Source of the DNA: Paraphysomonas bandaiensis
Taxonomy: Eukaryota; Protista; Chrysophyceae
DNA length: 64,000 nt
Direction of reading: 5' to 3'
Assembly (NCBI GenBank): GCA_965644295.1
Contig: CBFFRP010000186.1
Location: forward strand, 118,564 to 182,563
Of the stretch, positions 38,349 through 53,142 are shown one piece after another. Each line of letters starts with the position of its first letter. Position 1 is the first letter of the stretch. The position numbers and the translations under genes were made by a program. Below the pieces are notes generated by a model that was not told the DNA's origin, ran no database searches, and worked only from the letters and a program-made list of their open reading frames with translations.

Positions 38349-40244
38349 TCTTACTACAAATCAAACTCTAATCAATGTGCAGGAAATAACACTGAGAAGG
38401 GGTTCAAAGCGTCGTTCGGTCTACTCCATTGATTGATATCGCAGTGGTGTATCAGTGAGAATGTTAGACGTTAATGGAGTAAGATACAGAGGGAGTTATC
38501 TGGCGAAACTATCTATCGTTCTCTCCATACCCCACTAAATGTTCCGTTCGGCAAGTTACGTATGTATATGTACAGCACAGTACATACTCTAGCAGTATAT
38601 GGAGAGTTCTGTATGTAGAATGTAGTAGTATATTCTTCATAGCTAATTTACGTAGAGAATACATCATATACAACCCGCCTACATCGTGTGCTTATATTAT
38701 AGAAGTCGTTATACACTTGAAGTCTCACAAAAATTTCATACATCTTTACCTGTTTTTTGTGGTGGGTAAGGCTAAAAACAGGGGATTTTAACTGTTTTCT
38801 TCTAGAAAAAAGAGGTATTGGGTATTGGTACCTATACCTGCTGTATGTCGTACGTATGCACACAGTTCTTCGTAGTATGTGAACTCTGTCACGGTTTCAG
38901 AGATTGTTGTCCCTTAAGGACACACTTATATCGATGCAATTATAATAATCATTATAAAAGTAATCTACAACAAAACCATTGTGGTGCTCGTAAAAAAGGG
39001 AACGGTTTATAACTATAGTTCTACTTGGACGGGAGTGACGGGATCTGTCATCATTTCTGGTATGGCAACGAACTTTGACTCGCTATCAACCAAATTAAAT
39101 TACAGTGTGCGCTTTGATAAAAATTATACATTAAATAGACGTTTTATTACAATCACCGAAATGCCCTATCTTTATTAGTTGAATTACATGTTTCGAAGCT
39201 GAATTCTTTGAATAATCTAAACGATTATCAATAGTACTTTACCTTGTATATCAACAAAGTTTTAAAATATCTCCAATAATTTACGATCCGTATTAATATA
39301 TTAACATACTGTAACGCGTATGGTAAATCCATACTGAATTCAACCTTCAGACATCAGGAATTTTTTAATCAACCCTCTTGACTATATAGCTATAATATCG
39401 AAAACTGAAGTAATTTACCATGACGATTCAAGATGCGGAAGTTGAGTAGTGGTTGACATGAAATAAATTATCATGTTGTTGACATGTTTTACATGATAAC
39501 ACACACAATTGTGTATGCAATATAATAAAGTGTCTACCTAGTTTGATTACTATTAGGATTCAGCTTAATACATGATTGTATCTGTGAGTTATAATGTTCA
39601 ATGAAATATACCATGAACTGAATTAGAGAGAGTATCTGTCGAAGATACGTAATCGTCATCATAACGTCGTCATTATCAGTTACACTTCTAACTATTCCGT
39701 TGTGCATGATAGTACGTTCTATAGTGTTATTCATAATTTTCACTCTATCGTGTTCATTACTTACACTCTAATAATCACAACATTGTTTTACTATTATAAA
39801 GATCAATTCTTTATTATTACAAAAAACTTCTCTTAATGATCTTAATTTTGAAAATGACCAATAGGCAATACCGTAGTTATATCTAATACTCTTGGTAATT
39901 GGCATGCGAGCTACTACCTAGCAGACTAAATCGTAAATCTATTACTGGATACTGTCTTGAGGGCTGTCAACACACTATCCCGGGCTTGAACAAAACCACA
40001 TATCTGAACTACGCTATTCGTTTTAACACAATGGGGTTGCACGGTTGCATATATCATATATTTAGAACTGCGCCATCTAATTCGTTATTATAATACGACG
40101 AATAGATTCCGGATGCTACATGCTACTATCTTCTGATCGATAATGGAAACTCGACTTTTGAAGTACAAGCACATGCTGCCTCGCTATCTAGAGTCCATAG
40201 CATCGACAGTCTACATACAACCCGGATTTGTACATATAATTACA

Positions 40245-43200
40245 TTAATTAATATTTCTAGCTACAGCGGCATCTCCATTGCCCCCTTGCTCTCGTAGCC
40301 TCTCCGCTCTCCTCCTCGCACGACCACGCTGGCGATAAACATCTAGCACAACAAGAAAAAGGGAAGTGAGCACTAAGATGACGAGCGTCTCGGTGGTTCC
40401 ATCTCCATCCCCTTTCTTGTTTCCACCCCCACCTAAATTTTCCGATGGCAAGTCTTCCTCCTTAGGATGAGCAGACGTGCTCTCCACGTTAAATGATATT
40501 TTCATAGTTTCAAGAGGGGACTTCAGAAACCTGTCAATGAATCTCTCAAGATATTCACGAGCGCGTAAAGCCTGGTTATGCAATATTTCGAACATATCGC
40601 AAAGAGAATCAGGAAGGTTGCGCTGTTTCATTTGTCCAGATCTTCCATGCCCCCCCCTACCCTTAGATGTAGATAGCGCACTTAGTGGTGATATCATTGT
40701 AAGTATAATATCCCCTATGGTAGAAGTGAGTTCCCGTCCTACACAGTCCTGGACATATTTGTGTATCTGCGATAACATTTCAATTAGTATATATGACTAC
40801 AGGGAACCTAGACACTTGCACCTGTAGAAAGTGAACAGCCAGTACACTTGGGAGCTTAGCACTGTGGTCAAACTCTGCAACCTGGTCATAGTATCGCTTG
40901 GCTAAGTGGAAGTCTTGATCGACACCATCTCCTACTTCGTGCATCACACCAAGGTTGAAAAGTGCATGTGTATGTCTTAGCTCAGCAGCCATCTGCGATA
41001 TGTATCAAATGTGTATATATAATTTCACATCATGGTGTTTTCGTGTATCGCCGAGTACACATAATGAAGTACCTGGTAGAATTCAGCTGCATTTCTCTTG
41101 CTTGGAGGGAGCCCTCCTTGGCCATAATAGTGCATGTCTCCAACTTTTAAAAAACCCTCCGCGTTACCTTGCATTGCACTTTGCCGATACAACGACAACG
41201 CCCTGTGCCACACACAAACTCGTCAGCACACGAAAACACAAGAGGCTACAAATAGCACTGGCATGAAAAATATACCTCGCCTCACAGGCTGCAGCGTTCA
41301 GCTGCACAGTGGAAGTCATATTTCCACTAGGTTCTTTAACACCATCGTTGCCATGTTTCGACAACTCTTCAAGATTTTCTTTGTGAACTCCCATGATACT
41401 GGAATCGACCAGTTTCCACTGGTCTTTGGAAAGAAAGGCCCCGTATGAAATATGGCCAGATGATGGGTTTGAAAATGTAGGATTGCTATAATCATCGGTC
41501 TGGGTATCTGGCTGTGCAATCGGAGAAGGACACATTCCCTTAGCCAAAATGAATGCTGCATTGGCCTGATATACACATTTCCTCAGATATCACAAAAATG
41601 ACACGTACCACGGTACCTGTGCGACTTCAACACCCATTGCGGCTTGACTGGCATACAACCTAAGGGCACCCACGCTGCATCGCACGTCAGTGAAAAGTAA
41701 TACACATGAATACCACTGATGTCATACCTGTCGCCGTCTTCGTAAAGTCTATGTGCAGCAGTTAAAGTTGATGCCCAGTCTCCTTGCTCAGCCACTAGCT
41801 TGTAGTATTGCACAGCGTGAAAGCACGATCGCTGGACGCCATTCCCGGTGCTGTGCAGATGAGCAAGTCTGCGAATATAGCGGCGGTAATTAAAAAGAAA
41901 ATGATAGTATTACCGTTCTTGACGGACCTGTGGGACGCCAGCACATGGCCTCTGGATGATGCTTGGGAATAGAACTGGGATGCCGACACCGGGTCCGCCT
42001 TAGATATATGTTATGCAAATCATGAGTCAAATAGTCAATATGTGGTAGAAATATACTACCATGATAACAGCCTCTTTCGCTAAGGAGTCATCGGATGATC
42101 CAGAAAATTTAAAACTTCCACCAGCACCCATGAGGATTTCCCCCATGTAAAATGCAGCATCCATGTGTTTTCCTGTTACCCGTTGTAGCAGGTCAATGGC
42201 TCGAGATATATTCACCTCAACCTGAAATATATAGGAAACGTCATATCTGAGTTGGATCAGCAGAACGTAAACGCACCCCGACTCCTTTGAAATAACAGTA
42301 CCCGAGTCCGAGCGCTCCAAATGCATCTTGTCGCTTTTCAGCGGCTGTGAGAAGCTCAATCGCAGTTTTAGGATCTCTCTCTACACCTCCCATTCCTGTG
42401 GCAAGTAAATATCCAAGCTGTCCTTGTGCATTGGCCCATCTGCACTCACAAGTTATAGCCGGCAATCAATACATAAGCTAAAAGCTCATACCCTGCATCC
42501 GCCGCCATACGCAGATAACGAGCTGCTCTAGGAATATCGACGTCAATACTCTTATGTCCATAGGAGTATATGCTGGCGAGAGACATAATCGAGTTGATAT
42601 CACCCTCCTCCTCAGCCAAGTGGGTATAGTAGCCAAGTGTCTGTACAATGTCAATGTCGGCAGAATTAGAACATGTAAGAAGTTACAGGGTTCGACATCG
42701 TCCACATAGCGCTCAAATATACCTCAGATGATATTTCATGACTAGATCCGGCAGTACGTACTACTGCTGCTGTATCATCAGAGAGTCTGCTCCTGTCGGC
42801 GTAAACAGCGTGACCACGCTTCTCCACCTGCGCCGCTGCTTCATTGGCGGCGTATTCGTAGAACTGTAGCGCCTGTTCACATGACTCAGGAACACCTTCA
42901 CCTATAAGATATCTGTGTAGAATTAATATTGACGCAAAAACAAACGGAATATTCACCTGTATCCCATGCCCATATGAGCCTCCGGCAATCCAGCAAGAGA
43001 TGAAAAGAGCTCGAGCACTAGGGATCTAGGTGGATATTACACATGCTACTCATCTCATAGTCTGATTTTACCTGCCCATATCAATGGGGACCAGTCCATG
43101 CCCAACTCCAGTGTAGTAGGCAACTGCTAACTCGTGTTGGGCTGAGTGGTGGCCAAGGTTGGCAGCCCTGTACAGAATGAGCCACTCCAGATAGATTTTT

Positions 43201-43527
43201 ACCGTCATGCACTTACTGTGAGAGAAGTCTAAAATCCTCATCGGCTGATTGTGTCCGAAGCTCAGAAAGCTCGTAGAGAGCTTCAATACGTGCTTGTCCT
43301 TCTCCATTCTCCACTGCCTCTTTGTAGTACTTCGTCGCTTTGATTGGATCCGGTGAACGTCCAACGCCTCTCTTGAGGTCTCTAGCTACCTTAACAACAG
43401 CACCAGTCTCCTCAGGAGTCAAGGATAAATGTACACCCAATACATCTGGAGGATAACAAGTGAGTATAGTTAAGATATACATGCGATAGATACCAAATAA
43501 GAGAAGAGATACGAGGATAACACTCAT
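40245..43527 (-). CDS. SEL1L: SEL1-repeat ER membrane protein (SEL1L/Hrd3-like ERAD component), multi-exon
   Basis: Signal peptide; many Sel1 repeats ([82 protein letters not shown]); C-terminal TM followed by a basic tail. Confidence 0.82.
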
Positions 43528-43704
43528 TCAGTAATATATTAGAGTGACACACTTGTTTCGGGGGGAAAAATCAATTAAACACTATACAAATATAAGGAAC
43601 ATGACTGCGACTCACTGGAATTTCATCTACTTTACGACAAGTGCTGATATAGCTGTCGGATTATATAGTGCACTGCATATCTCGTGTTGGCTTGCTGTGT
43701 ACAC

Positions 43705-43835
43705 GTATGTATGTATGTATGTATGTATGTATGTATGTATGTATGTATGTATGTATGTATGTATGTATGTATGTATGTATGTATGTATGTATGTATGTAT
43801 GTATGTATGTATGTATGTATGTATGTATGTATGTA
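43705..43835. repeat. (TATG)n microsatellite
   Basis: Directly visible array. Confidence 0.95.
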
Positions 43836-44530
43836 CTTGTGTACTGCTGTGTTATAGGAACAGTAAAGTATGGGGCTGTCTATATATGTGTACTGATGTA
43901 TGTATCATCGCTATATATCTAGCCTACAGAAACCTCATACTGTACATTATATTCCATAGAGCATGTACTGTAGCTGTAGTAGAGGGAATACCGGAATACA
44001 GGCATCTTTTTTAGAAGGATAAAAAGTACCAATATATATTCCAATATTTTTATGTTGAACTACAACTTGAACACATACATTCTACAGAAATCGATAGAAA
44101 ATCCATATTTTTCTATACATTTTCCAGATATTTCAGTCATCGGTTGTGAAGAGGTGGGTGGATGGGATTTATAGAGTTTCTAATACATGGCCTTGAATAT
44201 ATCCGCTAGATTCCATACGTTATATACATGTGTATGTCCATATAGGTATGTATGTGTACGTAGTCTATATGTATGTATGTATGTATGTGTATGTGTATGT
44301 GTATGTATGTATGTGTATGTATGTATAGGAGTGGACTCCTAGAGCACCACTCACAACTCCCATAAGCCACAACAACATACCAATACACTCATCTTTCCAT
44401 CCCCCATCCTCATTGAATGTATCTCTAGTATAATGTATGGTCAACACACCTCTGAAGTCGATCTAGGTATACATACACACACATATGCATACATATCTGA
44501 CTGTTGTTGTGTATATATACAGATAACTGC

Positions 44531-46618
44531 ATGGCTGAAATGAGCCTCCAAGACTACACTATACATACAAACGGCCACTCTCATTCGAATCAAGGGTCAG
44601 CATTAGATGCGGAGGACAAGTACTCTCGCGGGATAGGGAGTTATTCACAGGGGGGGTATGGTGTCCCGTATGAGGGATATGATAACCCAGCTCTTAGGAG
44701 GATTAGAGAGGACCCGCCCTCTATGCAGAGACACTTCTCAGACTCGCAAATACTTATGGGAAGGAAGGTATCTGCGATGGGGAGTAACTCGCCTCTGCCA
44801 GTATCGTCTGTTCGACGCAATGAGTCGACTTTTGTTATGGACATTTCACCTAGTGTAGTTGGTTGGATCATTGGTCGGGCTGGTATCAGGATCAAGGAAA
44901 TTCAAGCACAGACTGGATGCAAGATGTGGGTTGACCAGGATGTACCTAATGATCAGCCCCGCAAGATATACTTCCATGGGACGAAACAAAATATTGATGC
45001 CGCTGTGAATCGCGTTTCTGAGCTCGTACAGACGGCCCCTATTCTTGCTAGCGCTAATGCCACCTCAGGGAAGGGCCTTACGAGTACAATTGTTGACTGT
45101 CCTGTATCGCTTGTGGGTTTACTAATTGGAAAGCGTGGTTGGACCATTAAGAAGATACAGCAGGCCAGCGGAGCACAGATCTCCATCAACCAGTCGGTCC
45201 GCGAAGGTCTGCCCCGCAAAATTATTGTCTCCGGTGATGAAGCAGCAGTTGCTACCGCGCTTCATCTTATTGATGAGGTTCTCCGCGAGAAGCCATTCAC
45301 TATAGAGAATGATCCACGGGATTCCACAATGGGTGGAGGCCAGTACGTGCCGCAGTTGGCTCCACCAATGGACTATGTGGGTACCAGGGACGGGCGCAGT
45401 GACCCCCATGTTTACAATACTGCTTCCCATAACAGCGGCCAAATAAGCCATATATACCGACAGCATGCTCAGCCCCACTCGTCCTCTCCTCCCTCCCAAG
45501 GCATGCAAAACGTTGCTGGTCGATATTCATCATCCTTGCGACCCCAAGACCCTTATACTGAGTACGGCGACCATTCACACCGAGTGTCTTCTATGCCACA
45601 GTCTAAATATGAGCAGCAAGGCGTTGATCGCGGTAACCCCTCCACATACGGGAAGCATCATCAGGGCCAGTCTGACTTTAGCTACCCGCAAGGGTACGAG
45701 TCTCGACCTCAGCAGAGACATTTCGAGGACGTCCGCAGCATGTCAATCATAAGAAACCGGGATATAGAAGGCGATGAACGCTGGTTGGGTTCACGGGAGT
45801 CTCATTCCTCACTTTCTGGAGACAATCGAATATCTCGGCCATCTGAGCCTAGCCTGCTATCTTTTCATTTGAAGCAGCAGTATCACCGCTCGGTCCAGCA
45901 ACAAGGCCCACCCGTGGGATATCCGCAGCGCCACCAGGACTCAACGTCTGCGTACTGCACATCTAACTCGAGTTCCCTTGAGTTAGGTACGGGCTTTTCT
46001 CCCATAGAGCATAGGAATAGCGATCCTCTAGTGCACACATTTGATATTCCTCATCAGCAGAAAAAGCAGCAACAATCCTCGTCGCCGTCGCAGCAGCTAG
46101 CCTCTTCACCTGCGTCGACAGGAAGTTTGAGAGTGTATGGATCTGCCGGTGACCAGGGCTTGGGACCCGACTCTTCTGACCCTGTATTCGACCCTCAAGG
46201 TCAACTGCAACACCCACCACATGTGAATGTACCTTTCCTCAACGATACGTATGGCGGTAGGATGGATCACTTTCAGCCGCTGTATTCACATTTAAAAGGG
46301 GAGAGGCCCGCCCCGGGTATACCTGTATCTACTGAGTTATCCACCGCCGCTGATCACAATCGTGCCCCAAGCCACTATGATGTGAATATGTACAATAACC
46401 ACTTTTCTGGCTCTGAGCACCGCATGTTTGACCAGCAGCTTGAACCTGGCATCAGTGATCTGTCTACATCTTCGCAACAGATCGCATCCGCCGGGCAGAA
46501 TGATGCCCTGTCACAACCTGTCGGCACTGGCGTCTCGTCTTCTAACTTTGAGTGCGACCAACTGCAGCAGCCACGTTATCTGCCACCAGACCTATCCACC
46601 ACTGAGGATGTGGAGTAG
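44531..46618 (+). CDS. Two-KH-domain RNA-binding protein with a low-complexity Q/S/P-rich tail
   Basis: VGWIIGRAGIRIKEIQAQTG and VGLLIGKRGWTIKKIQQASG GxxG KH motifs in a single long exon. Confidence 0.9.
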   Translation: MAEMSLQDYTIHTNGHSHSNQGSALDAEDKYSRGIGSYSQGGYGVPYEGYDNPALRRIREDPPSMQRHFSDSQILMGRKVSAMGSNSPLPVSSVRRNESTFVMDISPSVVGWIIGRAGIRIKEIQAQTGCKMWVDQDVPNDQPRKIYFHGTKQNIDAAVNRVSELVQTAPILASANATSGKGLTSTIVDCPVSLVGLLIGKRGWTIKKIQQASGAQISINQSVREGLPRKIIVSGDEAAVATALHLIDEVLREKPFTIENDPRDSTMGGGQYVPQLAPPMDYVGTRDGRSDPHVYNTASHNSGQISHIYRQHAQPHSSSPPSQGMQNVAGRYSSSLRPQDPYTEYGDHSHRVSSMPQSKYEQQGVDRGNPSTYGKHHQGQSDFSYPQGYESRPQQRHFEDVRSMSIIRNRDIEGDERWLGSRESHSSLSGDNRISRPSEPSLLSFHLKQQYHRSVQQQGPPVGYPQRHQDSTSAYCTSNSSSLELGTGFSPIEHRNSDPLVHTFDIPHQQKKQQQSSSPSQQLASSPASTGSLRVYGSAGDQGLGPDSSDPVFDPQGQLQHPPHVNVPFLNDTYGGRMDHFQPLYSHLKGERPAPGIPVSTELSTAADHNRAPSHYDVNMYNNHFSGSEHRMFDQQLEPGISDLSTSSQQIASAGQNDALSQPVGTGVSSSNFECDQLQQPRYLPPDLSTTEDVE

Positions 46619-47379
46619 GTGTTTTAGCAGATTGCTGTTACTTGCAGTGGTATCAATAGAGTTCCGCTTTTCTACAAGTACAACATATGATTATGTTTTT
46701 ATTTTGTTCCAAGTGATGCAGATAATTGCAGCAATAAACGAGACTATCAACCCTTCGATATCTCCACACATCTCGATGTTTGGAATGGGTGATCAGTTTT
46801 TTTGACTATTTTGAATTATTTGCGTGTTATAACAGTTTTATCATACTCTCCAAGAGCATAGGAGTATATACAAGAAGGTGGTAAAAGTATTTTTTCCATA
46901 CATTGTGTTGCCTTTGGGTTAATGAAGTTACAACAGTATATCTTACTATAATAATATATTATCTGTGGTATGTAACGCAGTTCGAATAGCAAAAGCTACA
47001 AGTATTAGTCCTTGCACGTAGTATCTTTTGCTTTGGCTGGTGTAGTTCATTAACCAGTACGAAGTGAGTGGGTGTAAGTTTACAATATTACGGAAAGGGA
47101 CAATGCAAGTGCTCGAGAAACGTACGTCCAGCATCATGCAGATTCAATACTTCTTGTTGTTGCTGAACTTCTTCAGGAAAAGCTGTGCGTAATTGAGTAT
47201 TGGTCCTTTTTACTGTAAAAATGGTACTCGGCCATGTTTTTACACAATAAGATCATTAAGAAGTTTACTGTAATCAAACTAGATAGATTATTTTATTACA
47301 TTTGACGCACAATCAAATGATCGTATAGTTTTTTGTCTGCTTGTACTTGTTGGACCTCTGCACCAATGCATCTATGCAT

Positions 47380-49240
47380 CTATTATTACTGGTAAAAACG
47401 TGCCAGAAGTTTAGTTGATTATAGCTTGTAAATATTTTTCATAATGATTAGTCAATAGAACTTTATAATATTATACATAGCACTACATGGTAGTATGCAT
47501 ATTATATCATTATATAATATTATATATATACATTATGTAACCGTTACATTTTCTCACGTTTTTGATCTGTAACTAATATAATATTTATTAATTGACGTCA
47601 TTAGAAACATGTTGTTTTCATTACATCCACTACGTTATTTGTTGCTAAAAGCATCAAAAACACAATTAAATCAACTTTTACAAAATTTCACCAGGTTTCT
47701 ACCGTCTTACCAAGTTTCTTGATCACATCGCAAGTTTCTTCAATAGGGTCATCCCTTGTCGCAAGTGTGTCATGATTATCTTGGCACTGCTGAACAAAGT
47801 TTGTTGTAATGCATATGTGCTTGGTCGATCGATACTGGGTGTCAACTGTTGTCGTAACTTCTTACTGGCTCTGCGGCTTTCAGAAGCAGCAGCAGCGTTT
47901 CTTACATTTGCCACTTCGACGGCACTATCTAGTGAATCAGCTTCATTCGAAATCTCGCAACCGCTGCTCTCTCTTGACGAGTCAGAGATTCCTCGTGTAC
48001 ATTTTAAATCTTCACAATCAAGTCATCTTTTTATATTTCAGAGTTAAATTTCTTCAATTCTTCTCGCAACTTCTAAATTCATGAATGCTCCGCTCTCGAG
48101 GGGATCAGAAGCAAAACTTAATCATTCAAGCTGCAGTCGGACACAGTGTCTCTTCAATCTTCACGTAGCGATTCAAAGAACACCATTTTTTATGCTGCTG
48201 AGAAGAGCTCTCTTGGTTCTTTGTTTCCTCACAGTTTACTGCTGTACTTGAGTGTTCTCATATAGCGATAGAGAGAGTTGATATTTTGTTGATGAGCCCT
48301 TGTTAATGAGTTTCAATGAAAGTCAACAGTGCTGATGCAGCTATATCGTGTGAAGCACAGTCAACCAGAGGAACTACTTTTCTAATCTTAAGTCCAATAA
48401 GTCTTGCCAATATAGAGTTAGTTGCTGTGTTATCGCCTCTGATATAAAGTCGATGGAGTCAAAGTTATGGCCAACCAACTAATATTGAATGTAGCCCACC
48501 AGGATAACTACTTTTATCCTCATAATATTCCGAGGTGGAGTTATATCCAGGAACCCACTAAGGAGTGGGTAGACACAGGTGCAGTTGATTCTGCTTCTAT
48601 TATTACTGGTAAACGTACCAGAACTTCTGTTGATTATCGCTTGTAAGTATAGATAGCACTTTGATATATATATATATATATATATAATAGTACTATAGTA
48701 TGCATGTATCAACCGTTACATTCTCACTTTTAGGACCTCCTGTAACTAATATAAAATTTATTATAAATGTCTCTAAAAACATGAATGTTCTCTTTACACC
48801 TACTACATTATACACTAGTGAAATGGAGAAGTTCAAAAGAAGTTCATAAGGTAGTTCGATTAAGTTCAAAAGCAGTTCATACGGTAGTTCATTTTTTCAT
48901 GAACTACCTTATGAACTATCTTATGAACTTTTCGACAAAATGTTTACAGGTTTGCACATTTTTAACTACCTTATAAACTACTTTATGAACTACCTTTTCT
49001 ACTTTCACACTCTACACGTTTTTTACGAACTACCTTTTGAAGTACCTTTTGAACGTTTTCGCAGGACGTACTACCTTTTGAACTACCTCTTATGAACTAC
49101 CTTTTGAACTCTTGCTTATTTCACTAGTGTTACTTATTGCAAAAAACATCAAAAACACAACTCAAATCGACATTTTTAAAATTTCACTAGTAGGTTTAGA
49201 GCGTTTCTCCAGATTTGTTCATCACATCAACTTCAAAGTA
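47380..49240. repeat. Diverged tandem duplication (47380-47730 and 48595-49230)
   Basis: TATTACTGGTAAA...CCAGAA...GTTGATTAT.GCTTGTAA...AACCGTTACATT...CTGTAACTAATATAA...CATCAAAAACACAA occurs twice. Confidence 0.7.
48813..49129. mobile_element. Non-autonomous CACTA-type element
   Basis: TIR CACTAGTGAAAT/ATTTCACTAGTG, many subterminal GAACTACCTT repeats in both orientations, 3-bp flanks ATA/TTA; absent from the paralogous site at ~47635. Confidence 0.85.
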
Positions 49241-50831
49241 TAAGTTCATCAAGGATGTAATCACCACCAGAGCGATCGTATTCGAAGCACCTCCATGAGC
49301 GCGATCATTAGCTTTTCCCAGCCGCTATGAAACTTAACACGAGCAAGGAGATTGCTGTAGCCTGTCCCTTTCAGGATGTACCAGCATCATCTGAAGACCA
49401 TTACTTACGCTATTCTGAGGGCGATGCAGACAGAATTGTGTGTACATCATGTTTTTATTGCATATAAGTCACTCTCCATTATTGCGCTACTGTCTGTTCT
49501 CCGTAGAACAATCATACATGCAACAGACCGACTCCATAAACTTGAGTGGCTTGATGTTGATTACTGTCTAACTCTAGTAGAGTGTGGACGTCTTTGTTAC
49601 ACGTGTAATATATAGCAGTGAGTGAGAAGAGTTGTTTGTTCCGTATTCATTGTTGTCTTGATACTCTCTTGTAAATAATTGTATATTCTTTTGATGTCTC
49701 TCCTAATATTGCTGAACGTTTTGTTTTGCTACTATATATATATATAACCCCATCCAGAGGGTTAAAGGAGCCCGAATATATGGCTGAGTATGCAAGAATT
49801 GGTCTGGCTCCGAAGCGTGCTACACGCGAACTAGAGGACTACCGCGCTAACGAAGCCAACTCCATTCTTCATGAGGACAGAAAGAAGAGCGCCAAAGTCC
49901 TGTCGGCAAATCCAGTTTACCATAAACGATATAAAAAATCAAGTATTGCTGTTTCCAGCAGCTAGGTGAATACATGTAGTATCAACCAAAAGACATGACC
50001 GCCAATAACTTCACGAAAGCGTTATCTTCGAAGAAGCAAAACAGGATCCACGAAGAAAGGATGAGAGGGGTGAAGAGGAGTATTTCAAATGAGAAGGAGA
50101 GGTGAACCAGAAGGAGCGCTCAAAGAGAGGTTAGGGTGTGGTCTAACCCCACCTCGGAGTACTGTCACTACTACTGGAAGGGATATGAGGCTTACCCTAG
50201 TGGGCTACATTATTCAATACTAGGTACATTACACAATCATAATCTTGCGATCTAATATGTCTGATAGCACTACAGTAGACCGACTTTTAGTGGGTAAAAT
50301 CGTACATATTATAACTGTGCTACAGCGAAGAGTGATGTACATATAGTGTCTTTATATTTCACACCCGTTTTATCCTATAATATTAATTAGAGAGATATTG
50401 GAAAAATAACTGTCAGGGCCAATCATCAAATATTATTGCAAGCAAAAATAAATAATAATATTTTCAAGACCAATAATAATAATTAGTGAATATGTTGCAA
50501 TATATTGTTGAGTAGCATTAAATATGTAGTTATAACGTATTTAAATTATAACCGTTACTCAAAGAATACAGTAACAGCTAAAACCGTATTCAGTACACAG
50601 CTAAATTCAGTATATTAAGTAGATGATAGTAATGATGGTGCAAGTGAACGAATACTTATTCAAATAGCATCTTGTTAGAATTCTAAACATACGATTATGA
50701 GCCTAGTCATACATCTACTACAGTCATATGTAGTGAGAAAGCAATCTACTTATCTTATCAATATATGACGGGGTCATTTACTATCCACTGATACATGCAG
50801 TCTGTACAATACATAATTCAATTCCAGCTAT

Positions 50832-53142
50832 TCAAGAGACAGAGTGCTCAGCAGGGAGTGATGTAGATGAAGAAAACTTTCCCTTCCACATTGTGTCACA
50901 TAAGGGCGAATTGCTATGACTATTTTGTACTACATATCTACCAACTCTTTTGTATCCTTTCTTAGGAAGGCTTCGGGAATTCCACCCTTCATGTTCGTTG
51001 GTAGCTGCACATAATATATACAAGTTATGTCAAGTCAAATATACAGATGTCAATGGGTACCGTTAGTGGTCGCTTCGACTATCTCATTGCTCGGCAGCAT
51101 TGAAGTGTCGGCAATACACCACTGCATGAATATCTGCAACAATGTCACAAATAATCTAAGAGGCATACTTCGCATACTTCCGTTTCTCGCGAGAAAAGGG
51201 TTGTCCAACCAGACTCTTTGCTTTTATGGCCTGTTATACCCACATGAAGGATATAACCTGAGGTGACACATGGCGTTAATAAATCTCTGATACGAAAAAG
51301 AATATTACCGGGTCTCCAGGGTTGCATATGACGAAACATTGCACTTCTCAAATCTTGAATAGGACCTATACGCATGTTAACCGGAGCTATTCAAATCAAT
51401 ACCAGTGAAATGTACCTCCATTATCTACACCACGTGCCCCATACGTAGCAAAAATCTTTTCGACAGTTGTGCTACAAAATACTTAAGAATATACGGAAAG
51501 CGCCACACGCATTCTCCCCACCTGCCTTTACCCTTTTCTAGAGTAATTTGGCGACTGTACTTATCGTACATGATGAAGTTCGGTCCACTGAGGTACTTTA
51601 TGACGTCTTCATCGACGGAAAGAGACAGCCAGTACAGATGTTGCTTTTCTTCAGATAAAGACATGAGCTTCATTGCGATGATCTAGTAGCTTAGTGAAAA
51701 TACGGCATACTACCCACATGACATTGTGTACCTCCTCTATCTGATCTCTCTCTAGCGGAAGGTAAGGTACGACTTCAGACACCAGCTGTAGAATGGTTCA
51801 ACGTTACAGTAGGCCATATAGAGTAAACAGTACATACACTCCCAAATTTCAGACGCTCCCATTGATCATCGAGGCTCTTCTTTACCTAGCACAATATTAC
51901 ATCAAAATCAAAAGCCGAAATGACGCATTCAAAGGATTAACCTCTGTGCGAAGAATATGTTGTGGAACTTGACTTCTATCATAGGCTAACAAAAGCTTAA
52001 TCATGCGGTCCGCGCCTGAGACATACATCAAACTAGCGGGTGGGAAAAACACTGCTTACCAATGTCAGAGGTCAGAATAAATATTAAGTCCGAAGTGGAA
52101 TACGACAAGGTTCGCTCATCCTTTGTGCCGGTATTCTTGTGCACAGTAAACTCACCGCGTTCTTTCAGACCAGAAACAAGTACCTATACAGACCATAAAA
52201 TTATAAATGTGTTTTTTTACAGACTTAGAAAAACTGCTGCCTAACATGATATGCCACACGGCAGTGGTGTGAACTTACATCAAGAGTTCCGGGAACAACC
52301 TTTTGGACCTCATCAAATACAACCACCCCTCCACCATCACACGTTTTCACGTGTTCAGCCACTCTCATATTGAGCCGTCGATGGATCTACAGATATGGTA
52401 TATGACCCGTCAGACCGTAACAGAACTTGAGTACATACCTCTGGGAGCCCTCCAGACACGTATGCATCTGATGTATTCGAATACTCTTCTCCCCTTAACA
52501 CCAAGTATCCGAGTGGGCGATACCTACAAATGAACACACGCAATGATGCTTGTGAATTGGCCAGATGAATAACATAGGTACAAATATTTACCGTCTGCTA
52601 ACCCCGATTCTCTCCTTAGAAGCCAACACCGCCTCGGCAATAATGAACCCGCTCTCACTCTTTCCAACACCTTTAAAACAACATGACACCACAATACATA
52701 TACATATGCACAATAGATGCATACCTGTTGGCCCAGTAATAGCAAGCACAAGAGGTACTCCATGTCCTGCCTGACGAGAAAACTGCCAAGCTGCAATAGC
52801 ATTCGTAATGGCATCAACTCCATGATCTTGTCCCCGTATATATGCAGGCAGCCTGTATACAGACATCACATACAGCGGACTCATATGTATACAGCCGCAT
52901 CACATCTGATTCATATTACGGATCGGGTCTTCTACAAATGGACAAGCTTGAGTCACACCCGTCTTTCGAGAGATCCAGCTGAAGGTGTCTCCAAGTACAT
53001 CAGGAATAGTCTCGAGCATGGACCTGCGTATGTATGTATGTAGATGTATGTATGTGTTAAGGGGGCTCTTAAGTATGAGATATACGTACAGTGGTTGTCC
53101 AAATGCCGCCATGAGAGTGATAGTGAATATAAATAGACGCAT
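50832..53142 (-). CDS. Torsin-like ER AAA+ ATPase, multi-exon (3' end approximate)
   Basis: Signal peptide MRLFIFTITLMAAFGQ; IRGQDHGVDAITNAI, PLVLAITGPT/GVGKS (Walker A), FDEVQKVVPG (Walker B), IFILTSDIG, VVPYLPLER. Confidence 0.78.

Noticed and set aside
49726-50130. Possible coding exons (EPEYMAEYARIGLAPKR...)
   Set aside because: No recognisable family, and stops interrupt the downstream part; no gene model could be built.
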